32,995 bases of DNA from Candidatus Bathyarchaeota archaeon (GTDB taxonomy: Archaea; Thermoproteota; Bathyarchaeia; Bathyarchaeales; DTEX01), in the NCBI GenBank assembly GCA_021158305.1, contig JAGGUU010000066.1:1-32995 (forward strand). The letters run 5' to 3'. Under the pieces are notes generated by a model. It made no database searches, had not been told where the DNA came from, and saw only the letters and a program-made list of their open reading frames with translations. The stretch's first letter is position 1; each line of letters opens with the position of its first letter. Made by a program: the position numbers and the translations under genes. Below are positions 8,555-17,004 of this stretch, in pieces.

Positions 8555-9790
8555 GTGAACAATAAACGAAGATCTAAGATCAGCTTATACATAATTCTAA
8601 TAGCGTTGCTCTGTTTTGTTAATTCTAGAATATTCTATGTGCAGGAGACAGACTGCGATTTAAATGTTAAAAATGCTTTGACGATTACTCCGAAAACAGC
8701 CGAACCATTAACAAACGAGACATACATAATAGAAGAGTGGATCAGAAAAATCAGCATAGATCCTTGGGACGCTATATCCAGTAGCGACTACTACTTGATC
8801 TTTAATAATCAATCAGAGGAAATTCGGCAAGTATCCCTCGTGTTGCCCATTAATGCCATCGACATATCTGTTCGAGACGCGTATGGAGAATATAAAACGG
8901 GAACAAATATTCTTTTCCGAGAGAACTATATTCAAGTCGATGTAACTTTGAAGAAACCCTTGAATCCGGGGGAGAGAAATGAATTCTTGATAGCCTACAA
9001 GCTTCCGCCGAGTGAATTTCTAGTCTCGAAAAGCTGGCAAGATTATGTGTTAGAACTCGACTTGGCTAAGCCGGAGAACTGGACTGTAAATAAATTTTCG
9101 CTTATGATCTCTCTTCCTGAAGGGGCGGAGCTAAAGGATATTTCTGATGCTTCTTTTGAGGTTAAGAAAGAGGGACTATCTCTGAAGATCATTTTAACTG
9201 AACATAACGTTGTGAAATTTCACAATCCTCACATAGTCTTAGAGTATCAATACTTTATTCTATGGAAAATATTTAAGCCCTTAATATGGACGGTTGTGCT
9301 TGCTTCGCTTGGCGCAGTAGTGCTCTTCGTTAGGAAGGCTACCCGACCTGCAGTTACCACCGTGACTGTTCCTCCCGATATCCTGAGGGAGTTTATCAAA
9401 GTTTATGAAGAAAGGAGGAGACTCTACGTTGATCTCCAGTCGTTACAAAGGCAATTCAGAAGGGGGAAGATTTCTAGGAGGAGATTAAAGCTTAGGAAGA
9501 AATCTTTAGATCAAAGGTTAGCGGCATTGAATAAGAGACTTATGGAGCTTAAGGAGCAAATATCTGCTTTGGCTGAGCAATACAGAGAGATGCTAAGAGA
9601 TCTTGAAACCGCTGAAGCAGAGATTGAGATGTTAAACACTAACATCGAACAAGTCGAGGCTAGGTTTAGACGTGGGGAGATCTCCGCAGATACTAGAAAG
9701 AAGCTTATAGATGAATATAACGGCATAAAAAGGCGGGCTGAAGGCAGGATTTCTGAGATTCTTCTGAGACTTCAGGAAGAGACGATGTGA
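8555..9790 (+). CDS. Type I membrane protein, ribophorin I (RPN1/Ost1)-like
   Basis: N-terminal signal/anchor, an external beta-rich domain with RPN1-like motifs (RKISIDPW, LP..A.DISVRDAYG, AYKLP, ISLPEGA, HNVVKFH...EYQY...KPL), one TM helix and a cytosolic helical domain. Confidence 0.7.
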   Translation: MNNKRRSKISLYIILIALLCFVNSRIFYVQETDCDLNVKNALTITPKTAEPLTNETYIIEEWIRKISIDPWDAISSSDYYLIFNNQSEEIRQVSLVLPINAIDISVRDAYGEYKTGTNILFRENYIQVDVTLKKPLNPGERNEFLIAYKLPPSEFLVSKSWQDYVLELDLAKPENWTVNKFSLMISLPEGAELKDISDASFEVKKEGLSLKIILTEHNVVKFHNPHIVLEYQYFILWKIFKPLIWTVVLASLGAVVLFVRKATRPAVTTVTVPPDILREFIKVYEERRRLYVDLQSLQRQFRRGKISRRRLKLRKKSLDQRLAALNKRLMELKEQISALAEQYREMLRDLETAEAEIEMLNTNIEQVEARFRRGEISADTRKKLIDEYNGIKRRAEGRISEILLRLQEETM

Positions 9791-9967
9791 CTTTCAATTT
9801 TTGAGTCATATTCGGAATAATACAATAGAGTAATTTTTATAGGTATGGCGATAAATAATCCCCCTAAAATATGCAAAATCTACAAAATAATGTTAATGAC
9901 GGACGTAAGTGTCGCCGAGCATCCGGCTTAAACGGTTACATTAGGCTTATTCAGAGTACTTGGAGAG

Positions 9968-10798
9968 TTGATAGTGGTGGTTTTCATCAGCTCGACTAAG
10001 CGAGTCTCAGCGAAAAGTAAACTTGTTCCGGATACCATCTGGAGGAAACTCTCAGAATATCTAGGGCTCTCAGAATATGAGGCGAAGGTTTACGCATCTT
10101 TAATTGAGACTGGCCAAGCCAAAGCCAGAACGCTAAGCGTCCTCAGTGGAGTTCCGAGAACAAAAGTCTACAGTGTTCTAAAAAGGCTTATAGATATGAG
10201 GCTTGTGTCCGAGATACCTGGAGAGCCCAGAAAGTTCTTCCCAACTCCACCTAACGTTGCCTTGAAACCTTATCTACAGACATATCGAGATACGGTTCAG
10301 GATCTTGAGGATCTCATCTCAGCGTTGGAAAATGCTTTCAGGAAGGCTAGGGATAGGGAGAACGTACGGCAATGCTTAGCATGGATAATTAAGGGAAGAG
10401 AGAGAATTTTAAGAAAGATTCAAGAGATGCTGGCTATGGCGAAGAGAAATGTCTGCATAATAACTAGTGGAAATGGATTAATCCTTCTATATAAGATGTT
10501 TAATAAAATGTTTGATGACCTTATTAGCCGATCAGTAGAGGTTAAAATAATTACAACGAATAAGCCAAATAATGAGCATATACTTCGAGAGCTTAAGTAT
10601 GTATGCAACGTCAAAGAGTCTGATTTTTATCTCCCCATGATCATAGTAAATGTGGATAGCGAACATATACTTATATCCCGTTTTCAGTTTGACAATTACT
10701 TTTTAAGATCTGAAGGGGATGAAGCGATCTTCTCAAATGACCCCGTATTATATGAGATTGTTTGGCTTCTAGCAAGTCAAGTAGTTAAGGGAACCTAG
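9968..10798 (+). CDS. TrmB family transcriptional regulator
   Basis: LGLSEYEAKVYASL...SGVPRTKVYSVLKRL...GEPRKF N-terminal wHTH, a coiled-coil linker and a C-terminal effector (PLD-like) domain. Confidence 0.92.
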   Translation: MIVVVFISSTKRVSAKSKLVPDTIWRKLSEYLGLSEYEAKVYASLIETGQAKARTLSVLSGVPRTKVYSVLKRLIDMRLVSEIPGEPRKFFPTPPNVALKPYLQTYRDTVQDLEDLISALENAFRKARDRENVRQCLAWIIKGRERILRKIQEMLAMAKRNVCIITSGNGLILLYKMFNKMFDDLISRSVEVKIITTNKPNNEHILRELKYVCNVKESDFYLPMIIVNVDSEHILISRFQFDNYFLRSEGDEAIFSNDPVLYEIVWLLASQVVKGT

Positions 10799-10908
10799 TT
10801 GTGACTGGCATGAATAGATAAGTCACTGCGATCATATCTTCGCAGTTACATCACTTTTACATAAATTAAAATTAAACATAGATAAAATCAGGGCTAGGGC
10901 GGCATCTA

Positions 10909-11094
10909 TTGCCTGATGAGAATCGAAGCTCGATGAGCTTTATCGATTTGTTAGTATTAACGCTTGCACAACATGAGAAAAATCTATCTTCAATCATCAA
11001 GAGACTTGAGGAAATCTCTGAAAAACTTGAAAAAATAAGCATACAGATGGAGAATGCTAAAAATCTTGTATATAAAGACCGTGAACATCAATAA
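10909..11094 (+). CDS. Small coiled-coil hypothetical protein
   Basis: 61 aa with a TTG start (or ATG at 10933). Heptad pattern FIDLLVLTLAQHEKNLSSIIKRLEEISEKLEKI. Fills an otherwise empty gap. Confidence 0.6.
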   Translation: MPDENRSSMSFIDLLVLTLAQHEKNLSSIIKRLEEISEKLEKISIQMENAKNLVYKDREHQ

Positions 11095-11170
11095 GTTATT
11101 CCACGATTTTTCTTGATTACACAAAGCTTTTATTTTTCTGGCATCTTTTTTGAGTTTAAGGTGACTTACT

Positions 11171-11353
11171 TTGGTCGAGATAAAGATAGATACTGAAAAA
11201 TGCGTTGGCTGCGGAACCTGCGTAGACGTATGTCCCGTCGGAGTCTGGGAACTGGTGAATGGAAAAGCCTCTCCAGTAAATGCGAGTGAATGTCTCGCAT
11301 GTCACGCATGTGAGACTCAATGCCCAGAAAATGCGATTGAGATAATAGAATAG
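11171..11353 (+). CDS. 2x[4Fe-4S] dicluster ferredoxin
   Basis: CVGCGTCVDVCP and CLACHACETQCP; AGGTGA SD before the TTG. Confidence 0.96.
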   Translation: MVEIKIDTEKCVGCGTCVDVCPVGVWELVNGKASPVNASECLACHACETQCPENAIEIIE

Positions 11354-11355
11354 CT

Positions 11356-12441
11356 CTAAAGATTCCAGAATCTCGACTGGATTTCTTTCACCTCCTTAAT
11401 GATTTTTTCTGCGATCTTATGAATAGTTATGCTGAATCTTGGGCGATGCTCCGTGACTTTAGCTTCCATATTCATCATTCGAGACAAAACCGCTGGAACT
11501 ATCTTCTTTAAAAAGCTCGGGCAATAGCCGCCTTCCAATACTGCTACAAGTCTGTTTCCGCTGAGCCGATGCGCTAGATCGATTATCACTTGAAAAACTT
11601 TCAAGTATAGAGATGCGGAAAGCAGGAGTTCACCGATAGGATCTTTAAAGTATCCGTCAAAACCAGCTGATACCAGAATGAATTCAGGCTTGTAACAGAG
11701 CACTATAGGAACCACTACGGATTTAAAAGCTTTCCAGTATGCTGGATCTGATGCACCAAATGGAAGAGGAATATTAACCGTGTATCCTTTACCCTTTCCT
11801 TTTCCGACTTCATCAATGAAGCCAGACCTGGGAAATTCGGAAGGATCCTCATGAAGACTGATGTATAAGACCTCATCGGTATCGTAGAATATCTCCTGTG
11901 TTCCATTACCATGATGAACATCCACATCGAGTATTAGAATGCGGCTTAACGAGAATTTATCTATGAGGCGCTTAGCCGCCAACGCGACGTTATTAAAGAT
12001 GCAAAAACCAGAGGCTGAGGCGCGGCTTGCATGATGACCAGGCGGCCGGGAGATGACGAATGCATTTCTGAGTTTTCCCTCCATTACCATGTCTACGGCC
12101 CTTATCGCGCCTCCAGCTGCTAAGCGTGCAACTGCATAGCTCTCCGGAGAGACTAGGGTTCCGGTTTCTTCATCTAAGATTCCTCCCCCACTATTACAGA
12201 GATTTCTCACAGCCCGAATGTATCTTAGTGAATGAACCATTTCAAGCTCGTCTAGCTTTGCGATTCTAGGCTTGATGAGCACGCATCGCTTATTTTTTAA
12301 TAGATTGAGATGCTTAATCCCCCTTATGATAGCCTGCAGCCTTGCTGGGGATTCTGGATGATTTCTTCCAGTTCTGTGGAGGAGGAAATATTCAGAGAAG
12401 ATTATTCCCGTTCTTGATCTGCAATTGCCTATCTCATTCAC
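11356..12441 (-). CDS. Zn-dependent histone deacetylase family protein (HDAC/AcuC/APAH)
   Basis: HPESPARL, RPPGHHA, GFCIFNN, DVDVHHGNGTQ, SAGFD and LEGGY motifs. Confidence 0.95.
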   Translation of the reverse strand: MNEIGNCRSRTGIIFSEYFLLHRTGRNHPESPARLQAIIRGIKHLNLLKNKRCVLIKPRIAKLDELEMVHSLRYIRAVRNLCNSGGGILDEETGTLVSPESYAVARLAAGGAIRAVDMVMEGKLRNAFVISRPPGHHASRASASGFCIFNNVALAAKRLIDKFSLSRILILDVDVHHGNGTQEIFYDTDEVLYISLHEDPSEFPRSGFIDEVGKGKGKGYTVNIPLPFGASDPAYWKAFKSVVVPIVLCYKPEFILVSAGFDGYFKDPIGELLLSASLYLKVFQVIIDLAHRLSGNRLVAVLEGGYCPSFLKKIVPAVLSRMMNMEAKVTEHRPRFSITIHKIAEKIIKEVKEIQSRFWNL

Positions 12442-12562
12442 TTTGAATCGCCCTAATGTCTTTCATATGGCATAAGAAGAAAAATCTCAATATAATTGTT
12501 AAATTAGCTAGAGGATATTTAGATAGGGTGAATTAACGCTTAGAACATATTGAGGCGATTTA

Positions 12563-13933
12563 GTGATGCCTATCCTCCCAATAGATACGGGTCGGTATGG
12601 AACTCCTGAAATGCTGAGGATATTTGAAGAGGAGAATTACTTCCAAAAATTGTTGGATGTCGAGGCTGCGCTTGCCTGGGCACATGCACAGGTGGGAAAC
12701 ATTCCTAGAGAAGATGCTGAGAAGATAATGAAGATGGCTTCAACGAAGTATGTTAAAGTCAGCAGGGTGAAGGAGATAGAGAAGGAGATTAAACATGATA
12801 TAATGTCGCTTGTCCGAGCATTCGCTGAAGTATGCGGATCAAGCGGCGCATACATACATCTAGGAGCCACAAGCTATGATATCGTCGACACAGCCAAGGC
12901 TCTTCAGCTTAGAGAAGCAATAGAAGTTATAGGCAGAAAACTTGACGATCTCGAACTCATCCTCATCAAGCTTGCAGACCGATATAAAAGGACGATCATG
13001 ATAGGCAGGACGCATGGACAACATGCCTTGCCAATAACATTTGGCTTAAAGCTCTCAGTCTGGATGAGAGAAGTCTCAAGGCATATTCAGAGACTCCGAG
13101 AATGTAGAGAGAGATTGCTAGTGGGAAAGATGAGCGGGGCTGTGGGGACACAGGCGGGTCTGGGAGCACATGCATTGAAGATTCAAGAGCTAGTTATGCA
13201 GAAACTGGGGTTGAAAGCAGCTGAGGTTTCAACTCAGATTATTCAGAGAGATAGACATGCGGAGTTCATATGCCTATTAGCGATTATAGCGTCGACTCTG
13301 GATAAATTCGCAACAGAGATAAGAGAGCTTCAAAGAACTGAGATCGCTGAAGTTTTTGAGCCGTTTAGACGAGAGAAACAAGTTGGCAGTTCAACTATGC
13401 CTCACAAGAGGAACCCAGAACTGTGTGAAAGAATATGTGGACTTGCAAAGATTGTGAGAAGCCTCGTGTTTCCCGCTCTAGAGAATATTCCAACATGGCA
13501 CGAAAGAGATCTCACTCAGTCCTCTTCTGAGAGATTCCTCATTCCCGAAGCCTGCATCCTAGTTGACTATATGCTTCATCTCATGATTAGCATCTTGTCA
13601 AATCTTGAAGTTGACGAGGAGAGGATGAGGAGAAACATAGAAATAACTGAGGGACGAACAATGTCCGAGGCGATCATGATAGCCTTGGCAAGGAAGGGTA
13701 TGAACCGGCAAGATGCACATGAGCTTGTTCGGAGACTTGTGATTCAAAGCATATCTGAGAAGAAGCCGTTCAGAGAAGTATTAATGCGCAACGATAAGAT
13801 CAGGTCTTTCCTAAGCGAGGATGAAATAGACGATGCACTGAAACCTGAAAAATATTTGGGAACAGCTGTTACACAAGTTGAGATAGCTATCAGAAAGACT
13901 TTGGAGGAAAGAAAGACAAGAGGCTTAGGATGA
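12563..13933 (+). CDS. purB: Adenylosuccinate lyase
   Basis: HLGATSYD, GRTHGQHA, KMSGAVG and SSTMPHKRNP signature; HERDL. Confidence 0.97.
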   Translation: MMPILPIDTGRYGTPEMLRIFEEENYFQKLLDVEAALAWAHAQVGNIPREDAEKIMKMASTKYVKVSRVKEIEKEIKHDIMSLVRAFAEVCGSSGAYIHLGATSYDIVDTAKALQLREAIEVIGRKLDDLELILIKLADRYKRTIMIGRTHGQHALPITFGLKLSVWMREVSRHIQRLRECRERLLVGKMSGAVGTQAGLGAHALKIQELVMQKLGLKAAEVSTQIIQRDRHAEFICLLAIIASTLDKFATEIRELQRTEIAEVFEPFRREKQVGSSTMPHKRNPELCERICGLAKIVRSLVFPALENIPTWHERDLTQSSSERFLIPEACILVDYMLHLMISILSNLEVDEERMRRNIEITEGRTMSEAIMIALARKGMNRQDAHELVRRLVIQSISEKKPFREVLMRNDKIRSFLSEDEIDDALKPEKYLGTAVTQVEIAIRKTLEERKTRGLG

Positions 13934-14015
13934 TTTAGAATAACTTTTAAATAAAGTCTGGCTTGAAGAATCTTAAGATTCAGCATCTCGCCTTGATCTA
14001 CGCTAAATTATTGAA

Positions 14016-14762
14016 GTGGAGACAGAGTTAATGGAGAAAGCTATAGAAGTCATTAATCTGCACAAATACTTTGGCAAAATTAAAGCTTTAAATGGACTTA
14101 GCTTCACGGTTGACCCCGGCGAGATCTATGGACTAATAGGACCTAATGGAGCAGGCAAGACAACCGCTTTGAGGATACTGGCAACTCTCATAAGACCTAC
14201 ATCGGGATCAGCTAGAATATTCGGCTTAGATGTCGAGAGAGAAGCGAATAAAGTTAGGAGGATTATAGGTTATCTTCCGGAGGAGGCGGGAGCCTACAGG
14301 AATCTTTCAGGAACTGAATATCTCAAATTCATAGCTAACTTCTATTTTAGGAACAAAAGAGAGATTAAAGAAGCTGTTTACGAAGCTGAGGAAATTTCTG
14401 GACTGGGCGAGAGACTGAGGGATAAAATTAAGACTTATAGTAAGGGGATGATACGGAGGCTTCTTATAGCTAGAACCCTAATGATAAAACCTAAATTAGC
14501 GATTTTAGATGAACCTACAAGCGGAATAGATATCATACACGCCTATCATATTAGAAGGATAATAAAGAATTACGCTAAGAATTACAAGGTAACTATTCTG
14601 CTTTCAAGCCATAACATGTTCGAAGTCGAGTTTCTATGCACGCGTATAGCCTTCATAAACAAGGGGAGAATCCTAGTTGAGGGAAGCCCTGAAGAGATAA
14701 AAACGCGGTATGAAGCAAGAGATCTTGAGGAAGCATTCATGGAGGTTGCGAGAAGTGCCTAA
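14016..14762 (+). CDS. ABC transporter ATP-binding protein (NatA/multidrug exporter type)
   Basis: Walker A GPNGAGKT, signature YSKGM, Walker B ILDEP and H-loop SSH. Confidence 0.95.
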   Translation: METELMEKAIEVINLHKYFGKIKALNGLSFTVDPGEIYGLIGPNGAGKTTALRILATLIRPTSGSARIFGLDVEREANKVRRIIGYLPEEAGAYRNLSGTEYLKFIANFYFRNKREIKEAVYEAEEISGLGERLRDKIKTYSKGMIRRLLIARTLMIKPKLAILDEPTSGIDIIHAYHIRRIIKNYAKNYKVTILLSSHNMFEVEFLCTRIAFINKGRILVEGSPEEIKTRYEARDLEEAFMEVARSA

Positions 14763-16038
14763 CGCACTGGGTAATCTCATAAGAAAAGAAGCCAAGGACA
14801 TGCTTAGGGATCCAAAGATCCTTCTGAGCATGATACTGATGCCGCTTCTCATGTTCCCCATCATGGGCGCCGCTATAAGTTTGTCAACATCCACTATTAA
14901 GGAAGCCACGAGAAGCGTGGCAATGGCGATTATGAAGATTGATGAAGGAACAATATCCAATCAGCTAATCTCTTCCTTTAAAGCCTTAAATATAAGTCTA
15001 ATAGAGGTTAAGCCTTCCCCTGTTGAGGAGGCAATTCAGAATCTTAGACAGACTAATATTACAACACTCATTATTATTCCTAAAGGCTTCACTGAAAATA
15101 TAACATCCGGGCTTAAAGGAGAATTAAGGGTTTACTCGATACTTAGAAGCATCAGCTTATCAGAGGTGGCAAAGGCATCCGTAGTTAATGTTCCAATAAG
15201 CATCTACGAGAGAACGCTTGTTCGCCGAGCTATCGCTCAAGCATTCCCAGACAGGGATCCCGAAAATGTTCTTGATCCCGTAGATGTGAAGAACTTCGTA
15301 ATATTTAAGGGCAAACTGCTTAATGTTTCGCCTCAGCTCCTACAGGGAATCTTCATGTCTCAATCATTCGGCTTCCCGATGGTTATAATGCTTCTCCTCA
15401 TCTCGGCGATGCAGATAGCCGCTACCTCCATATCGATAGAGAAGGAAGAAAAGACCCTTGAAACCCTGCTTACTCTCCCCGTTGGTAGGATAAGTATACT
15501 TGCCGGGAAACTCGCAGGTTCAACAATAGTGGCAGCTGCTGGAGCAGCCGCTTCCCTGATCGGAATAAACTTTTACGTTGCTTCTATCTTCAGCTTCATG
15601 CCTTCCACCTCCATTGACTTAGCCGAGGTTGGTCTTCAGCTTTCTCCACTCGCCTATCTTCTTCTTGGATTAACAATGTTTGTAGCTATAATTTCAGCGT
15701 TGGCGCTTGCGATTTGTATTGCTGTTTACTCTGAAAATGTTAGGGAAGCACAGTCCCTCGTCAGTCCTTTAAGCTTACTTGTGATGCTACCATCCGTGAT
15801 CTTGATGTTTGCAGATATTGAAGCATTACCAGTCTTCTTACAGGTCGTTTTATACTTGATACCTTATACACATGTTGTACTTGCATCTAAAGCCGCTTTC
15901 ATGGAGAATTACGCCGTGATGCTCCGGAGCATATCTTACATCACGATGTTTACGATACTCATCCTTTACGTGGCGGCAAGGATATTTATGACCGAGAAGG
16001 TTGTAACCGCTAGGTTTTCTTGGAGAAGAAAGAGATAG
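14755..16038 (+). CDS. ABC-2 type permease (NatB-like)
   Basis: N-terminal TM, large external domain, EKEEKTLETLLTLPV motif and several C-terminal TMs. Start moved from 14710 to the GTG at 14755, which follows a GGAGGT SD and overlaps the ATPase stop. Confidence 0.9.
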   Translation: MPNALGNLIRKEAKDMLRDPKILLSMILMPLLMFPIMGAAISLSTSTIKEATRSVAMAIMKIDEGTISNQLISSFKALNISLIEVKPSPVEEAIQNLRQTNITTLIIIPKGFTENITSGLKGELRVYSILRSISLSEVAKASVVNVPISIYERTLVRRAIAQAFPDRDPENVLDPVDVKNFVIFKGKLLNVSPQLLQGIFMSQSFGFPMVIMLLLISAMQIAATSISIEKEEKTLETLLTLPVGRISILAGKLAGSTIVAAAGAAASLIGINFYVASIFSFMPSTSIDLAEVGLQLSPLAYLLLGLTMFVAIISALALAICIAVYSENVREAQSLVSPLSLLVMLPSVILMFADIEALPVFLQVVLYLIPYTHVVLASKAAFMENYAVMLRSISYITMFTILILYVAARIFMTEKVVTARFSWRRKR

Positions 16039-16109
16039 ATGGCAGAGATTGAAGGATGCATAGAGAGAAATCGTACTGTTGGATGCTGTAAAGATCTGAT
16101 TTGGTGCCT

Positions 16110-16886
16110 TTAAAGGATTCCGCGCCATTCCGAGCAGACGTTATGGTCATGGATGGATTCGTAGCTTACACATTTTACTCTACAGTATCTTCCCGGATAC
16201 TTCTCCTTGAGAAGCTGGACGCATTTCCTAACAACGTCCTCTACGAATTTAGGATTTCCATGAATTCTCTCTACAACCTCTTTCTCTTCAATCCTCTTTA
16301 AGATTGAAAAGGTTGGAGAGCTGAAGCTCTCCTTACAAATCTCTATCACATCCAGAAGGTCAACTTCACCTTTAGAAACATCAAGTTCAACTGTTATCTT
16401 CCCCCTCTGATTGTGAGTCAACCCTCCAGTTAACTCCTTCGAGCAGGGACATGCAAGAACTCCATTAATTGAGACACCGACTATTTTAACACCGTCTTTC
16501 GTCGAGAATTTACCGAACATCTCAGCTATTCCCTTTTCTTCTTTCCCGCTAGGTCTAATTCTTTTGTAAGGAAATTCCCCGAAGACCTCAGTATAGCAGT
16601 GAAAACCATGTTTTTCATAAGCCCTTTTAGCGATCTTCTCGGCCAGATCCTCAATGGAGGAAGCCTTATCGGGGGTTTCAGCGATGGATTCAGCGAATCT
16701 ACTCATGTGCGCTCCGCGAAGGCTTGAGGGAAGAGTAATATAACTATTAATTGTAACGATGACATAGTATGGTTTATCCAGCCTCTTTATCAGCACGTAT
16801 TTCCTTAAGCCTTCAACCCCAACTTTCTCTAGCTCTATCTCGTTCTCAGGCTTCTGATTCTGAACATCAAGTATGTTAGCATCCAT
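16110..16886 (-). CDS. mptA: GTP cyclohydrolase, FolE2/MptA family
   Basis: DVQ, RGAHMSR, ACPCS, THNQRG, LKRIEE, NPKFVEDVVR and ESIHDH motifs. Confidence 0.9.
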   Translation of the reverse strand: MDANILDVQNQKPENEIELEKVGVEGLRKYVLIKRLDKPYYVIVTINSYITLPSSLRGAHMSRFAESIAETPDKASSIEDLAEKIAKRAYEKHGFHCYTEVFGEFPYKRIRPSGKEEKGIAEMFGKFSTKDGVKIVGVSINGVLACPCSKELTGGLTHNQRGKITVELDVSKGEVDLLDVIEICKESFSSPTFSILKRIEEKEVVERIHGNPKFVEDVVRKCVQLLKEKYPGRYCRVKCVSYESIHDHNVCSEWRGIL

Positions 16887-16893
16887 GAAGATT

Positions 16894-17004
16894 TACCTCT
16901 AAATTCCAGACCGCACACTCTCAGAAATATCTTACCCAAAAATCAAGAATCTTTTGCAACGATTCTAGGAAAGATAGGCTAATAAAAAAGGGGAATTTAG
17001 AGTA
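16894..17004 (-). promoter_or_regulatory. Nested inverted-repeat structure in the eda-mptA spacer (candidate cis-regulatory RNA)
   Basis: Perfect 11-bp IR (16897-16907/16992-17002) enclosing two 6-bp IRs (16928-33/16971-76 and 16946-51/16961-66). The outer arm overlaps the mptA SD. Confidence 0.45.

Noticed and set aside
14710-14754. N-terminal extension of the ABC permease given in the ORF track
   Set aside because: It lies within the ATPase gene; the GTG at 14755 has a good SD.
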